Shown here piece after piece: positions 11,460 to 22,364 of a stretch of 64,000 nt of DNA (positions are counted from its first letter, which is position 1; each line of letters opens with the position of its first letter). A program made the translations under genes and the position numbers. The DNA is from an uncultured delta proteobacterium (GTDB taxonomy: Bacteria; Desulfobacterota; Binatia; UBA9968), in assembly GCA_963737905.1 (NCBI GenBank), contig CAVTUQ010000037.1, forward strand, positions 64,001 to 128,000. The letters run 5' to 3'. Below the pieces are notes generated by a model that was not told the origin of the DNA, did no database searches, and saw only the letters and a list, made by a program, of their open reading frames with translations.

Positions 11460-12221
11460 ATGAAGAGTTTACGGCTTCTAGTGCTCGTTATGATTCTATG
11501 CCTTACCCTGGGACCCAAACTTAGCATCGCTGCCCCCGACGAGTACGACGACAGCCAATCTAACCCTTTCAGGGTAGCGGCTTACCTGCTCTATCCTGCG
11601 GGATTCATTCTGGAGTGGACGGTTTTCCGACCCTTCCATTTCCTCGTTAGCAGCACTGAGCCAGCTGAGGCCTTTTTCGGCCACCAACCCCATCCTCCTG
11701 CTATCTCCGAGCCCCGGCCCTATCCATACTATGGAGCGTCCCCTAGGGTCCCATTGCAGGAGCCGCCGCCTCCGGCAAAAGTGACGGCGGCACCAGAGCC
11801 ACCGAAAGAAGTCATCAAGGTAGTTGAGGTTCCCGTCGTTAAGGAAGTCATCAAAGAAGTGCCCAAAATTGTCGAAGTCGAGCGGGTCGTCTTTCCGAAT
11901 GTCGCTTTCCGCTTTAACTCAGCGGAGCTTACGGATCTCGGCAAAGGCGAAGTCTATCTTGCCGCGCAAAGGCTTAAAGAGAAGGCTAATGTTACGATTG
12001 CTATCGAGGGGCATACCGATGACGTCGGGAACAATGAGTATAACGACAAGTTAGGAATGCGTCGAGCCGAAACCGTCATGAAAGAGCTGGCGTCCTTGGG
12101 GGTGGATCCCGGAAGAATGTCTGCAGCCAGCCTGGGAGAGACCCAACCGTTGATCGGCCAGGAAACCGCCTGGGCCCGAGCCGTAAATCGCCGGGTTGAG
12201 TTTCAAGTTAAGGGTCAATAA
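11460..12221 (+). CDS. OmpA/peptidoglycan-binding domain protein with Pro-rich linker
   Basis: Signal peptide; IEGHTDDVG..YNDKLGMRRA, NRRVEF. Confidence 0.9.
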   Translation: MKSLRLLVLVMILCLTLGPKLSIAAPDEYDDSQSNPFRVAAYLLYPAGFILEWTVFRPFHFLVSSTEPAEAFFGHQPHPPAISEPRPYPYYGASPRVPLQEPPPPAKVTAAPEPPKEVIKVVEVPVVKEVIKEVPKIVEVERVVFPNVAFRFNSAELTDLGKGEVYLAAQRLKEKANVTIAIEGHTDDVGNNEYNDKLGMRRAETVMKELASLGVDPGRMSAASLGETQPLIGQETAWARAVNRRVEFQVKGQ

Positions 12222-12245
12222 ACTAATCTAAAATCAGCAGTGCGG

Positions 12246-12279
12246 AGGCCCAGCCTAACTTTTAGGCTGGGCTTTTTTT
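12246..12279 (+). terminator. Rho-independent terminator
   Basis: gcccagccta / taggctgggc stem followed by T7. Confidence 0.8.
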
Positions 12280-12283
12280 CTCG

Positions 12284-12414
12284 TGCAGGCTGCTGAAAAA
12301 GACTCATATGCGTCGTTGCGCTCGACCGATTTCGCGTCAACGTACAAGAAGAGTACGCCTCCGCTCATCGATCTTCGTGCGCCTCGCCTCTGAGATCTTT
12401 TTGAGCAGCCTGCA
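12284..12414. mobile_element. MITE, about 131 bp, with 19-bp terminal inverted repeats
   Basis: TGCAGGCTGCTGAAAAAGA / TCTTTTTGAGCAGCCTGCA (18 of 19 match); no transposase; partial second copy at 6318. Confidence 0.75.
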
Positions 12415-12446
12415 AACCAAAGCTTTACAGCAACCATCGAAAAATC

Positions 12447-13052
12447 ATGACCTACAAGCCCCAGGACACCTATTACAAAAAAGCCAAGCAAGAAGGCTAC
12501 CGATCACGCGCCGCGTATAAGCTGCTCGAGCTGCAACAGCGCTTTCGTTTCATGAGACCTGGTGATGTAGTCGTCGATCTGGGAGCCGCTCCGGGCGGCT
12601 GGCTCCAGGTGGCCGCAAAGTTCGTCGGCCAGAACGGAAAAGTTATTGGCGTCGATCTCCGGCCCATCGAGATATTGCGCGAACCTAATATCATTTTCCT
12701 CCAGGGCGACATCACGTCTTCCGAGATTTTGACAAAAATAGAAGAGCTCGTTCACCGCAAACCTGATTGTGTCTTGTCGGATCTGGCACCGCGGCTAAGC
12801 GGGATTCGCGACGCGGACGCTGCGCGCTGCTTGGAGTTGAACAGAACCGCTTTGGCGGTGGCAATCGCCCTGCTCCGGCCAGGCGGATCTTTTCTTGCCA
12901 AAAGCTTCGTCAACCAAGAGCTTCAGACCTTTACACTTGAACTCAAGCAGCACTTTCGTTCCGTGGATCGCACACGGCCGGAGGCCACCCGGCAAGGGTC
13001 TTCGGAGTTTTATTTTTTTGCTAAGGATTTTCATGTGAATCCCAGGAACTAG
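12447..13052 (+). CDS. rlmE: 23S rRNA Um2552 methyltransferase
   Basis: YRSRAAYKL, VDLGAAPGGW, SDLAP, SSEFY. Confidence 0.95.
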   Translation: MTYKPQDTYYKKAKQEGYRSRAAYKLLELQQRFRFMRPGDVVVDLGAAPGGWLQVAAKFVGQNGKVIGVDLRPIEILREPNIIFLQGDITSSEILTKIEELVHRKPDCVLSDLAPRLSGIRDADAARCLELNRTALAVAIALLRPGGSFLAKSFVNQELQTFTLELKQHFRSVDRTRPEATRQGSSEFYFFAKDFHVNPRN

Positions 13053-13116
13053 CAGGACTATTATTCACCGGACGAGAAACAGCATGATAGACTGCACACC
13101 GAGCGAGGAGATATTC

Positions 13117-13242
13117 CAGTTCAAAACGTTCAAGTCGGTTTAAGCTCGGTCAAACCCCCACCTGTATCCTCCCCCGCGTCGCGGGTGAGGAATAAAAGGA
13201 GGAGCTGGAACTATTGGAACTTTTTGAACGAATTGAACGGCT
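13117..13242. repeat. GTTCAA/TTGAAC 9-mer hairpin enclosing a GC-rich REP-like palindrome
   Basis: gttcaaaacgttcaag ... cctcccccgcgtcgcgggtgagg ... ttggaactttttgaacgaattgaac. Confidence 0.7.
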
Positions 13243-13294
13243 CCACTGTTGGATGTTCATTGCCCGAGCTACGTCACGATCCTGAGGCTATCGT

Positions 13295-14281
13295 ATGCCA
13301 GAATTTAGAAAAGATCCCGTCGCCGATCGCTGGGTCATCATTGCCCCCGAAAGAGCGAACAGGCCCGTACACCGCGAAGCTTCGGATACCGCTCCGTGTC
13401 CTTTCTGCGCAGGAAATGAAAACATGACTCCCCCGGAAGTTCTGGTCTTGGGTGGCGAGAGCGACCTATCCAGTTTACCGAACTGGAGCGTCCGCGTGGT
13501 CCCTAACAAGTATCCCGCCCTCGTTCCGGATGGAAGCGGACTTGAGATTGCCGATAAAAATTTCGAGGCACGCAGCGGCATCGGCGCGCACGAAGTCATT
13601 ATCGAAAGCCCCGATCATGTAAACGACGTGGCGCTGCTCGGCGAGCGACAGTTTGAAATAATCCTTCGAGCCTACCGTCGTCGAATCATGGAACTTCGAA
13701 CCGACAGACGATTTCGCTATATTCTTATTTACAAGAACCAGGGCATCGAAGCGGGGGCGACCCTCGAACATGTTCATTCGCAGTTGGTCGCGATGCCGAT
13801 GATACCCAAACGGATCCTGGAAGAGATCAAAACCGCGGAAAATTACTACGTAGCAAACCGGCGCTGCGTTTTTTGTGACATCCTTCGGAAAGAAACCAAG
13901 CAGCGCGAGCGCGTCGTCATCGAAAATGCGCGTTTCCTCGTGATTTGTCCCTTTGCGCCCCGTTTTCCTTACGAGACCTGGATACTACCCAAGAAACACT
14001 CGTCCTTTTTTGAGCACAATACTCAACCGGATGACATCGATCTCGCTCAGATGTTGCGAGAGATATTGACCCGGCTCAAGCACAGCCTCGGCGCTCCGGC
14101 GTTCAATTACGTCATCCATTCCAATCCGCTCGATGGGAACGACAACGATTACTACCACTGGCACGTGGAGATCCTGCCCAAGACGATACGAGTCGGGGGA
14201 TTTGAGTGGGGATCGGGTTCTTACATCAATCCAGTAACGCCAGAACAGAGCGCGCGCTCACTCCGCGCGGCGATGCCGTAA
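13295..14281 (+). CDS. galT: Galactose-1-phosphate uridylyltransferase family
   Basis: CPFCAGNE, VVPNKYPAL, HEVIIESPDH, AGATLEHVHSQ. Confidence 0.9.
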   Translation: MPEFRKDPVADRWVIIAPERANRPVHREASDTAPCPFCAGNENMTPPEVLVLGGESDLSSLPNWSVRVVPNKYPALVPDGSGLEIADKNFEARSGIGAHEVIIESPDHVNDVALLGERQFEIILRAYRRRIMELRTDRRFRYILIYKNQGIEAGATLEHVHSQLVAMPMIPKRILEEIKTAENYYVANRRCVFCDILRKETKQRERVVIENARFLVICPFAPRFPYETWILPKKHSSFFEHNTQPDDIDLAQMLREILTRLKHSLGAPAFNYVIHSNPLDGNDNDYYHWHVEILPKTIRVGGFEWGSGSYINPVTPEQSARSLRAAMP

Positions 14282-14302
14282 CCAATCATAATCCAGCTTG
14301 AA

Positions 14303-14530
14303 CCCAGTGCAGTAGGCCGCAACCAAAGAAAAATGGATATCACCACGAAGCACACGAAGACCACGAAGGAAGAAAAATATTTCTTTAAGAATCGATATTC
14401 TCTCCTTTATCCGATCTTCGTGTCCTTCGCGACCTTCGTGGTGTAAAAGTCTTTCGTCGAATGGTGTATCCGTGCTAACAACCGCTTGAAAGATTTGCGT
14501 AAGCCGCGAAAACTCTTAAGCACGGTAACC
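14303..14530 (+). repeat. REP/MITE-like element copy C with a different internal 9-mer (CACGAAG) hairpin
   Basis: ggccgcaaccaaa and atttgcgtaagccgcgaaa ends shared with copies A and B; lies between convergent galT and glmS. Confidence 0.75.
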
Positions 14531-14547
14531 CGAAATAGTCCGACCCG

Positions 14548-16378
14548 CTACTCCACGGTGACGCTTTTCGCCAGATTGCGCGGTTGATCAACGTCCGTGC
14601 CACGATGAACTGCAATATGGTAAGCAAGGAGTTGAAGCGGAATGCTCAGCACGATGGGTGTAAGAAAATGGGAGGCTTTGGGTACAGTCAACATGCCAAA
14701 GGACGAGATCTCCGAGGGGAGCTTCGTCTCGTCGGTTAAGTATGATGACCTTGCCCCCGCGGGACTCCACCTCTTTTAAATTACCCAGGGTTTTCTGAAA
14801 GTAGCGATCGCGGGGCAAGAGCACGACGACCGGCATCTTTTCGTCGATAAGCGCTATGGGGCCGTGCTTCATCTCGCCCGCGGGGTATCCCTCGGCATGG
14901 ATGTAAGAGATTTCCTTCAGCTTCAGCGCGCCCTCGAGGGCGATCGGATAGTTGATGCCCCGGCCAAGATACAAAAAATCGGTATTGTCGGTCAGGTTCC
15001 GCGCCAAGACTTCCACCTCGTTTTCGACCTTCAGCGTCTCTTCGATCCAGTGCGGCAGATACATCAGGTCGGCGAGGAGTTTCTTCGCCTGCGTCTTGCT
15101 CAGGCTTCCCCGGCGCCGCCCCAGCGCGATAGCCAGAAGATAGAGCGCCGTGAGTTGCGTGGTGAAGGCTTTGGTGCTCGCGACACTGATCTCGGGCCCC
15201 GCATGGGTGTAGAGAACTCCATCCGATTTTCTGGGGATTGACGAGTCAACAACGTTGCAGATGGATAGCACCTTGGCTTTCTTGAGCCGCGCGATCTCGA
15301 CGGCCGCCAAAGTGTCCGCGGTTTCGCCCGACTGGCTGACCATGAGCAGAATCGACCGAGGGTCCATCAACGGCGAGCGGTATCTAAATTCCGAACCGTA
15401 GTCCACCTCCGCCGGAATTTGCGCGATCTCCTCGATCATGAACTTGCCCACGAGGCATGCATGCCACGCCGTCCCACAGGCGACAAGATGAACCCGCTCG
15501 ACCTGGCGCGCCTGGCTCGTCGTAAGACGAATGTCTTCCAGTGACACCTCACCGTCTCTCAAAGAGATGCGCCCGCGAAACGTGTCCGCCACGGCCCGCG
15601 GCTGATCGTGAATCTCTTTGAGCATGAAATGACGATAGCCGTCCTTGCGCGCCGCCACCGCGTCCCAGGTGATTTCTTTGAAAGGTCTTTGAACCGATTT
15701 GCCTTTGCCGTTAAACAGCCGAAACGAACCGATTGAGACTTCCGCGACTTCGCCGTCCTCCAGGAAAGCGACCTTGCGGGTATAGTCGAGCAATGCGGGA
15801 ATATCGGAGGCGATGAAGGTCTCGCCGTCACCCCCGCCAATCACAATGGGAGTCGAGTTCTTGGCAACGACGAGCCGTTTGGGATCTTTCTGGTTGAGAA
15901 ATAGCAAGGCATAGGAACCCCGAATTTCCCTGAGACTTTTTCTCACGGCCTCGAGGAAATCCATGCCTTTGTCAACTTTCTCCGCGACAAGATGAGCGAC
16001 AATCTCTGTATCTGTCTCGGAGGAAAATTTTGTGCCCCGGCCGATCAGTTGTTCTTTGAGATCAAGGTAGTTTTCGATGATCCCATTATGCACAACCACC
16101 ACGTCGCCCGCGCGATGGGGGTGCGCGTTGGTCTCGGACGGCCGGCCGTGAGTTGCCCAGCGCGTGTGGCCGATGCCGATCGTCCCGATCATCGGATCCC
16201 GATCGAGTAGGGTTTCCAGATTTTTGAGCTTACCTTCACAACGGCGCACCGCGACATGGCCATCGTTCACCACGGCGATCCCGGCGGAATCATAGCCCCG
16301 GTACTCGAGCTTCCTCAGGCTCTCCAGGATCAGCGGCGCGGCGTCCCGTTTACCGATATATCCGACAATGCCGCACAT
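14548..16378 (-). CDS. glmS: Glutamine--fructose-6-phosphate transaminase; apparent +1 frameshift at about 14737
   Basis: MCGIVGY start at 16378; HTRWATHG; the shifted frame ends [15 protein letters not shown]-stop at 14548. Confidence 0.95.
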
Positions 16379-17773
16379 TATTTCTTGGTCCCTTTCATCT
16401 TCTCTCGCTTCTGTTCCGTCCAACCTTCCCGCACTCGCTCCTGCCGTTCGTTGAAAGCCAGATGCCCCGGCGGGAATGTCGTGACGAAGGGTCGTGGCCG
16501 TGGCGACGTACACGTCATCCCCCAGGGAAATAGGCGCCACTAGCGTGGTGTCGCTGCCCACCTGCACGCGATCGCCGATTTTTGTGCGATATTTATGAAA
16601 CCCATCATAGTTACAAACAATGGTTCCCGCTCCAATGTTGCCGTCGCGGCCGATCGTCACATCTCCCAGATACGTAAGATGGTTCGCCTTGGTATTGTCT
16701 CCAATCGTCGCCTCTTTGGTTTCAACGAAGTTGCCGATGTGAACGTTGGCGCCCAGCGAGCTGCCCGGACGAAGATGCGCAAAGGGCCCGATAATCGCAC
16801 CGGCGGCCACCCGAGAGCTGGTCATGACGACGGAAAATTTCAGCTGAACTGCATCGCCGATTTGAGTATCCGTCAGGTAGGCGCTGCCGTCGATTTGACA
16901 GCGCTCGCCGATGACCGTGTTTCCACGCAGATGCGTGTTCGGCCCGATAACGGTATCCCTGCCGATCACCACGCCCTCTTCGATGTAAGCCGTGTTGGGG
17001 TCTTTGAGGGTGACGCCGTTATCCATCCATTTTCGATTGATCCGTTCCTGCAATGTCTTCTCCATCAGAGCGAGCTCCTCTCGGGTATTGATGCCCATCA
17101 CTTCATGCGCGTCGTCCACTTTCATAGTGGCGACTCGCTCTCCTTCTTTCAACGCAATGGCCACGGTATCGGGCAAATAGTATTCGCCCTGTTCGTTGTG
17201 GTTTTTTACCTTTTCCAGAGCAGAAAATAGAAACCGCGCGGACGCAACATAGATTCCGGCGTTGACTTCTTCAATCCGCTGCTGGGCATCCGTCGCGTCT
17301 CGCTGTTCGACAACGCCGGCGATCTCGCCATCAGCATGGCGCAGGACGCGACCATAGCCCGTGGATTCTTTCAGCGATGCCGTCATAAGGGTCAGGGATG
17401 CCTTGTGCTCCCGGTGCAAATGAATGATCGCGCTCAAGGTCCGTACCGAAATCAGCGGCACATCCCCGCTGAGAATGAGAATATCGCCGGCAAATTCGCC
17501 GAAGCTATTTCTGGCGCAGAGAACGGCGTGGGCGGTGCCGAGCTGCTGTTCCTGAACGATCCACGTAACATCGTCGCCGCGGTAAGCGTCCTTGACCGCC
17601 TCGGCGCCGTGTCCGATAATGACGGCCACTTTGCCTGGATTGAGCCGCCGTGCGGTGGTCAAAACATGGAACAATAAAGGCTTCCCACTCAGGGGATGCA
17701 TAACTTTGGGCAAACTGGATTTCATCCGTTTGCCCAACCCAGCCGCCAAAATAATTACGCCGACTTCGTTCAT
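16378..17773 (-). CDS. glmU: Bifunctional UDP-GlcNAc pyrophosphorylase / GlcN-1-P acetyltransferase; apparent +1 frameshift at about 16462
   Basis: LAAGLGKRMKS, GNFVETK, NYDG; removing one base restores ALAFNERQERVREGW...KK-TAA overlapping the glmS ATG (TAATG). Confidence 0.95.
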
Positions 17774-17928
17774 CTTGTGTAACCTCGAGGCACTAAAGGT
17801 CGATTATAGCGAAAGTAGGAATTCAATCAAAGTGAACCTTTCCCTACGGCCGTTCTTGGCAGCACCGAAAACTTGAACACTTCTTTGCATAAAGCTATAG
17901 AACTCGCCCCGGCAAGCTCGGTAAGGGA

Positions 17929-18210
17929 TCAAGGCGAGGGCGGTTTTCGAGCGCCGATCGCATGAGCTCCTGGAGGGGCGGTTGAGGCCAGATCGACGAC
18001 CGTAGATTGATTCTTAACCGGAGCGCGGGGCCCTTGTTGTAGCGGGTAAGGCAATCGATCCTGGCAGGCCCGAAGGAAGAACATGAGAAGCCCCACCGAA
18101 CTGACGATAGAGGTGAGCGTGATGAAGGGCGTCCAAAAGGCGCTCCAGCGCGCGCGTCGCCGCTCTTCTCTGAGTTCTTCCAAACTCTTTTTCGGTGACG
18201 GCTTGTCCAC
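17929..18210 (-). CDS. Hypothetical single-pass membrane protein
   Basis: Basic segment then a hydrophobic helix (FWTPFITLTSIVSSVGLLMFFL); GTG start uncertain. Confidence 0.5.
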   Translation of the reverse strand: MDKPSPKKSLEELREERRRARWSAFWTPFITLTSIVSSVGLLMFFLRACQDRLPYPLQQGPRAPVKNQSTVVDLASTAPPGAHAIGARKPPSP

Positions 18211-18386
18211 TGATTTATGGTTTTTCCAGCCGATTCGACTAGTTGTCTCTGGCTGGTATAATATGAGCGCCGGCTGAAGTCCAACGGGACAAATTTCATG
18301 GCTGTAAATATTACTTGTCAACCAGCATCAATTCAATTACAAGAAACCATCATGAGTGATTCGTCTAGATCGCTCCACGGAGACCC

Positions 18387-18578
18387 ATGATGAGCCGTAC
18401 GCCGGACGGATCTGCTTATCGCACGGCCCCGGAATCTACAGAAAAGGAAGAAACGCGGGAAGACTGGTGGGAGGTTTGTCCCGTGTGCGGCTGGCGGCTC
18501 CACAATCACAAATGCCGCTTTGTCTGCTCCAATCCCCAATGCCATTTCTTCATGAGCTGCAGTGAGTTCGATATGTAA
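18387..18578 (+). CDS. Small Cys-rich CPxCG zinc-finger protein
   Basis: CPVCG-x6-KCRFVCSNPQC-x4-SCSEFD; GGAG before start. Confidence 0.65.
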   Translation: MMSRTPDGSAYRTAPESTEKEETREDWWEVCPVCGWRLHNHKCRFVCSNPQCHFFMSCSEFDM

Positions 18579-18633
18579 CGGTTTCCCAAACGCTGAGTTT
18601 GCTTGCTATCATTCCATTCGGTAGAAGAAGAGC

Positions 18634-19362
18634 ATGGCAAAAACCGCCGGTATCGTTATCATTGGCAATGAGGTGCTGTCCGGAAAAACCCAGGACATCA
18701 ATTCTCACTTCTTCTGCGGCGAGTTGCGCCAGCTCGGCGTGGACGTCCAAAAGATCTCAACGATTCCCGACGAAATCGAATGGATCGGCCGAGAAGTCGC
18801 CGCTTTCTCGAAACGCTTTGATTGGGTCTTCACTTCCGGAGGTGTGGGGCCGACCCACGACGACGTCACCATCGACGGAATCGCCCACGGCTTTGGACTC
18901 AGAGTTGTCCGTCATCCCGACATCGAACAACGGATGCGGCAACGCCTTGGCACGGAGGTTAATGAGGCGCGGCTGAGAATGGCGAACGTCCCCGAAGGCG
19001 CGGAGCTTTTGGCGACGGAGGCCCTTTTCGCCCCGGTCGTGAAAATCCACAATGTCTTTATCTTTCCCGGAATTCCAAAAATACTCCAGGAACGATTTAT
19101 CGCCATCAGGGAAAGATTTCGCGACGCGCCGTACTTCCTCAAAGTCGTATACGTCCGGCAGGGGGAAGGCGTCATTGCCAGTCTTATGAACGATCTGCTG
19201 CTCAAGTATCCACAACTGCTGCTCGGTTCCTATCCAGTGCTGGATATTCCGGACTACAAGGTCAAAGTCACGCTTGAGTCGAAAGACTCCGATTATCTCG
19301 ATCAGGCCCTGCAAGCCTTTCTGTCAGCGCTACCTGACGGCGCGGTCCATCACGTGCAATAG
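18634..19362 (+). CDS. CinA N-terminal-like molybdopterin-binding domain protein (COG1058-like pyrophosphatase)
   Basis: IGNEVLSGKTQDIN, SGGVGPTHDDVT, FPGIP. Confidence 0.88.
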   Translation: MAKTAGIVIIGNEVLSGKTQDINSHFFCGELRQLGVDVQKISTIPDEIEWIGREVAAFSKRFDWVFTSGGVGPTHDDVTIDGIAHGFGLRVVRHPDIEQRMRQRLGTEVNEARLRMANVPEGAELLATEALFAPVVKIHNVFIFPGIPKILQERFIAIRERFRDAPYFLKVVYVRQGEGVIASLMNDLLLKYPQLLLGSYPVLDIPDYKVKVTLESKDSDYLDQALQAFLSALPDGAVHHVQ

Positions 19363-19372
19363 CATTCAGCAC

Positions 19373-20812
19373 ATGTCCGGCAATCCGTCTTGGGGCATTC
19401 TTCCGCGCTTTAGGAAAGCTCCTTTACCACCGCTTGTCAGCATGTGGGCGGCGCTTGGGCCAGGCGTGATCTTCATGGCCTTGGCCCAAGGAAGCGGGGA
19501 GCTGATCTGGTGGCCCTACATCATCGCCAAGTACGGCCTGTCATTTTTATTTCTGCTGCTCCCCGCTTGCCTTCTTCAATTTCCGGTCACTTATGAAATC
19601 GGCCGCTATACGGTGCTCACCGGAGAGAGCATCTTTCAGGGCTTCATTCGCCTGAATCGCGGCTTTGCATTTTTCCTCTGGATCTTGATGACCCTTTCAT
19701 TTCTTTGGTTCGGCGCGTTTGCGGCAGCCGGCGGGACATCACTGGCCGCGCTGACGCATTTCCCGGCGGGTTGGACCCCTAGAGGTCAGACTCTCTTTTG
19801 GGGTTACCTTTCGATGTTTGTGTTTCTGGCAGCGATTCTTCTGAGCAAAGTGATCTATCGCTTGGTCGAAACTTTCATGTGGGCCGTGGCGCTTCTTACC
19901 CTCGTGGGACTTTTGTGGGCGAGTGCCAACACCGAAGCGCTCCGCGCCCTGCCGGCTTTCGCCAAAGGCTTGTTCATTCCCGAGTCGCCGATGCCGAGAC
20001 CCTGGGATCCTGATGACGCAACAAAATTGTTGACCGCGATCACCTTCGCGGGACTGGGCGGATTTTGGACTCTCTTTTATTCCTACTGGGTTCGGGACAA
20101 GGGCGCAGGGATGGCCCATTATATGGGAAGAATCACCGGTCCAATCACGGGCAAAGCCGAGGCGATCCCTTCGTCCGGCGCCGTGCCGGGCGAAGATGAG
20201 GGATTAGCGCACGCCAGTCGCTGGAGACATTATCTGTTTTGGGACGTCAGCATCGGTATTGGGGGAAATCTCCTCACGACTCTCATGACCTGCCTGCTGG
20301 CTTATGCGCTATTATTTCCTAAAGAGCTTCTCCCCCAAGGGTACGAACTTGCGGTCGTCCAGAGCCGTTTTTTCGAAGTGAGCTGGGGTTGGCTTGGAAA
20401 ACTCCTCTTCTTGATCGTCGCCGCGGCATTTCTTTCCGACACTTGGCTCGCCACCGTCGATGCGGTGAGCCGCATTCACACGGATTGCGTTTACGCTTTT
20501 TTTCCACGGACACAGTCCGTGCCGGTCCGCTCCTGGTATTTGATCTTCCTGTTTCTACTCACCGCCATCACCGCCGCTACTATGGGCTTTGCCGAACCCG
20601 GACCCCTGATCCTGCTCTCAGCCGTTATCGGATTCGTGGGTACCGTACTTTTCTCGGTGGCGTTGATTTTTCTAAATCATGTTTACTTGCCGCGGTACTT
20701 GCCTGCCGCCGTCCGTCCCGGCCGCGTCAACTTGGTTTTCCTCTGCATCGCCTGCGCGGCCTACCTACTTCTCGCCATAGCCTACCTTCTGGCCGTCACC
20801 CGCCTCGTTTGA
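19373..20812 (+). CDS. Nramp-like/APC superfamily membrane transporter
   Basis: LGPG...GSGELIWWP, EIGRYTVLTGES, about 11-12 hydrophobic helices. Confidence 0.8.
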   Translation: MSGNPSWGILPRFRKAPLPPLVSMWAALGPGVIFMALAQGSGELIWWPYIIAKYGLSFLFLLLPACLLQFPVTYEIGRYTVLTGESIFQGFIRLNRGFAFFLWILMTLSFLWFGAFAAAGGTSLAALTHFPAGWTPRGQTLFWGYLSMFVFLAAILLSKVIYRLVETFMWAVALLTLVGLLWASANTEALRALPAFAKGLFIPESPMPRPWDPDDATKLLTAITFAGLGGFWTLFYSYWVRDKGAGMAHYMGRITGPITGKAEAIPSSGAVPGEDEGLAHASRWRHYLFWDVSIGIGGNLLTTLMTCLLAYALLFPKELLPQGYELAVVQSRFFEVSWGWLGKLLFLIVAAAFLSDTWLATVDAVSRIHTDCVYAFFPRTQSVPVRSWYLIFLFLLTAITAATMGFAEPGPLILLSAVIGFVGTVLFSVALIFLNHVYLPRYLPAAVRPGRVNLVFLCIACAAYLLLAIAYLLAVTRLV

Positions 20813-20889
20813 ACGCCTGCCGGCCGATGACTTCGTCGCGCCGAGTTGCAGATGCAAAGGAGATTGGAAAAACCATATCTCGCGCAAAG

Positions 20890-21128
20890 TAATTCATGTA
20901 CCAATCGGTACAACACGGCGGATGAAAATGGTAGCGTCGCATTGCCGAAGGCCAATGACCGGCGGTCGATTTGCGTCTAGCGCCAAGAGCCTGGGCAAAG
21001 TAGGACCCGAGCATTCTAAGGAAACACGGTCTGTTGCTCCCAGTATAGGGAAGCACGCATAAGAGAATCTTTTCAAGACGAGTGCTCCTTTGGTCTTGGG
21101 AAATTAGCTTTCGATAGGGGGTGAGGCA
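20890..21128 (+). ncRNA. Putative IS110 bridge RNA region (left non-coding end)
   Basis: TTTGCGTCT (20970-20978) is complementary to target AGACGCAAA; CATAAGAG (21058-21065) is identical to the donor end 22374-22381; both lie next to short stems. Confidence 0.65.
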
Positions 21129-22364
21129 ATGCAAGTGATTTACCAACGCTGTTGTGGGTTGGACGTTCACAAGCGAAGTATCACGGCGTGTCGGCTGAAG
21201 TGGTTGGGTAGTGCTTGGGAAAGAGAGATTCGACAGTTTGGGACGATGACCAAGGATCTGCTGGGGCTGGCGGATTGGCTGGCGCAGGAAGGGTGCACGC
21301 ACGTGGCGATGGAATCGACGGGGGTTTATTGGAAGCCGGTCTATAACATTCTGGAAGGGCAATTTGAGTTGCTGGTGGTCAACGCGCAGCATCTCAAAGC
21401 GGTGCCCGGTCGCAAGACCGATGTTCGCGATGCCGAGTGGATAGCGGAGTTGCTCGCGCACGGATTGCTGCGAGGTAGTTTTGTACCACCCGCCGATGTC
21501 CGTGAATTGCGCGAGTTGACGCGGTATCGGAGCTCCTTGGTGCGCGACCGCGCCCGCACCCTCAACCGACTTCAGAAGGTGCTGGAGGCGGCCAATATCA
21601 AGTTGTCGAACGTGGTCAGCGACATCGACGGGGTCTCGGCGCGACTGATGCTGGAGGCGCTGGTGGCGGGACAAAGAGACACCCAAGAGCTGGCCAGCTT
21701 GGCCAAGGGCCGGCTCAAAGAGAAGCGTGCGCAACTGGTAGAGGCGCTCTCGGGTCGGCTGCAGCCCCATCAGAGCTTTCTGATCGCCGAGCATCTGGCG
21801 CAGATCGACTATCTGGAAGGAGCGATCGAACGGCTCAGCGGTGAAATCGAGGCGAGACTGCGCCCTTTTGAGCAAGAGATCGCCTGGCTCGATACCATTC
21901 CCGGAGTAAGCCAGCGCACGGCCGAGGTGTTGTGGGCGGAAACCGGTGGTGACATGAGCCGCTTTGCGAGCGCCCGGCATCTGGCATCGTGGGCGGGTAT
22001 GTGCCCTGGGAACAACGAGTCGGCAGGTAAGCGTCGCACCGGGCGCACGCGTAAAGGCAGCCCGTGGTTGCGTCACTGCCTGGTGGAAGCCGCGCATGGG
22101 GCCGCGCACACCAAGAATAAATATTTGAGCTCCCAGTATCACCGCATCGGTGCTCGGCGCGGCAAGAAGAAAGCTCAGGTGGCGGTCGGCCATTCGATTT
22201 TGGTGATCGCTTATCATCTGCTCACGCGCAAACAGCCCTATTCGGATCTGGGTGCGAACTACTTTGATGAACGCGACCGTCAGGCTGTCACCAAACGCTG
22301 CGTGACCCGGCTACAAAAACTCGGCTATGAAATCAGCTTGGAGAAATTGCAGATGGCTGCGTGA
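21129..22364 (+). CDS. IS110 family recombinase/transposase (DEDD RuvC-like)
   Basis: GLDVHK, AMESTGVYW, KTDVRDAEWIA, TIPGV, GNNESAGK. Confidence 0.96.
   Translation: MQVIYQRCCGLDVHKRSITACRLKWLGSAWEREIRQFGTMTKDLLGLADWLAQEGCTHVAMESTGVYWKPVYNILEGQFELLVVNAQHLKAVPGRKTDVRDAEWIAELLAHGLLRGSFVPPADVRELRELTRYRSSLVRDRARTLNRLQKVLEAANIKLSNVVSDIDGVSARLMLEALVAGQRDTQELASLAKGRLKEKRAQLVEALSGRLQPHQSFLIAEHLAQIDYLEGAIERLSGEIEARLRPFEQEIAWLDTIPGVSQRTAEVLWAETGGDMSRFASARHLASWAGMCPGNNESAGKRRTGRTRKGSPWLRHCLVEAAHGAAHTKNKYLSSQYHRIGARRGKKKAQVAVGHSILVIAYHLLTRKQPYSDLGANYFDERDRQAVTKRCVTRLQKLGYEISLEKLQMAA

Noticed and set aside
14588-17773. 1061-aa GlmU-GlmS fusion ORF
   Set aside because: One extra base near 16462 explains it. 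The normal GlmU C-terminus and a TAATG stop/start overlap exist in the other frame, and GlmS needs a free N-terminal Cys.
20796-22217. 473-aa antisense ORF
   Set aside because: Shadow of the IS110 transposase on the opposite strand, with no recognisable motifs.
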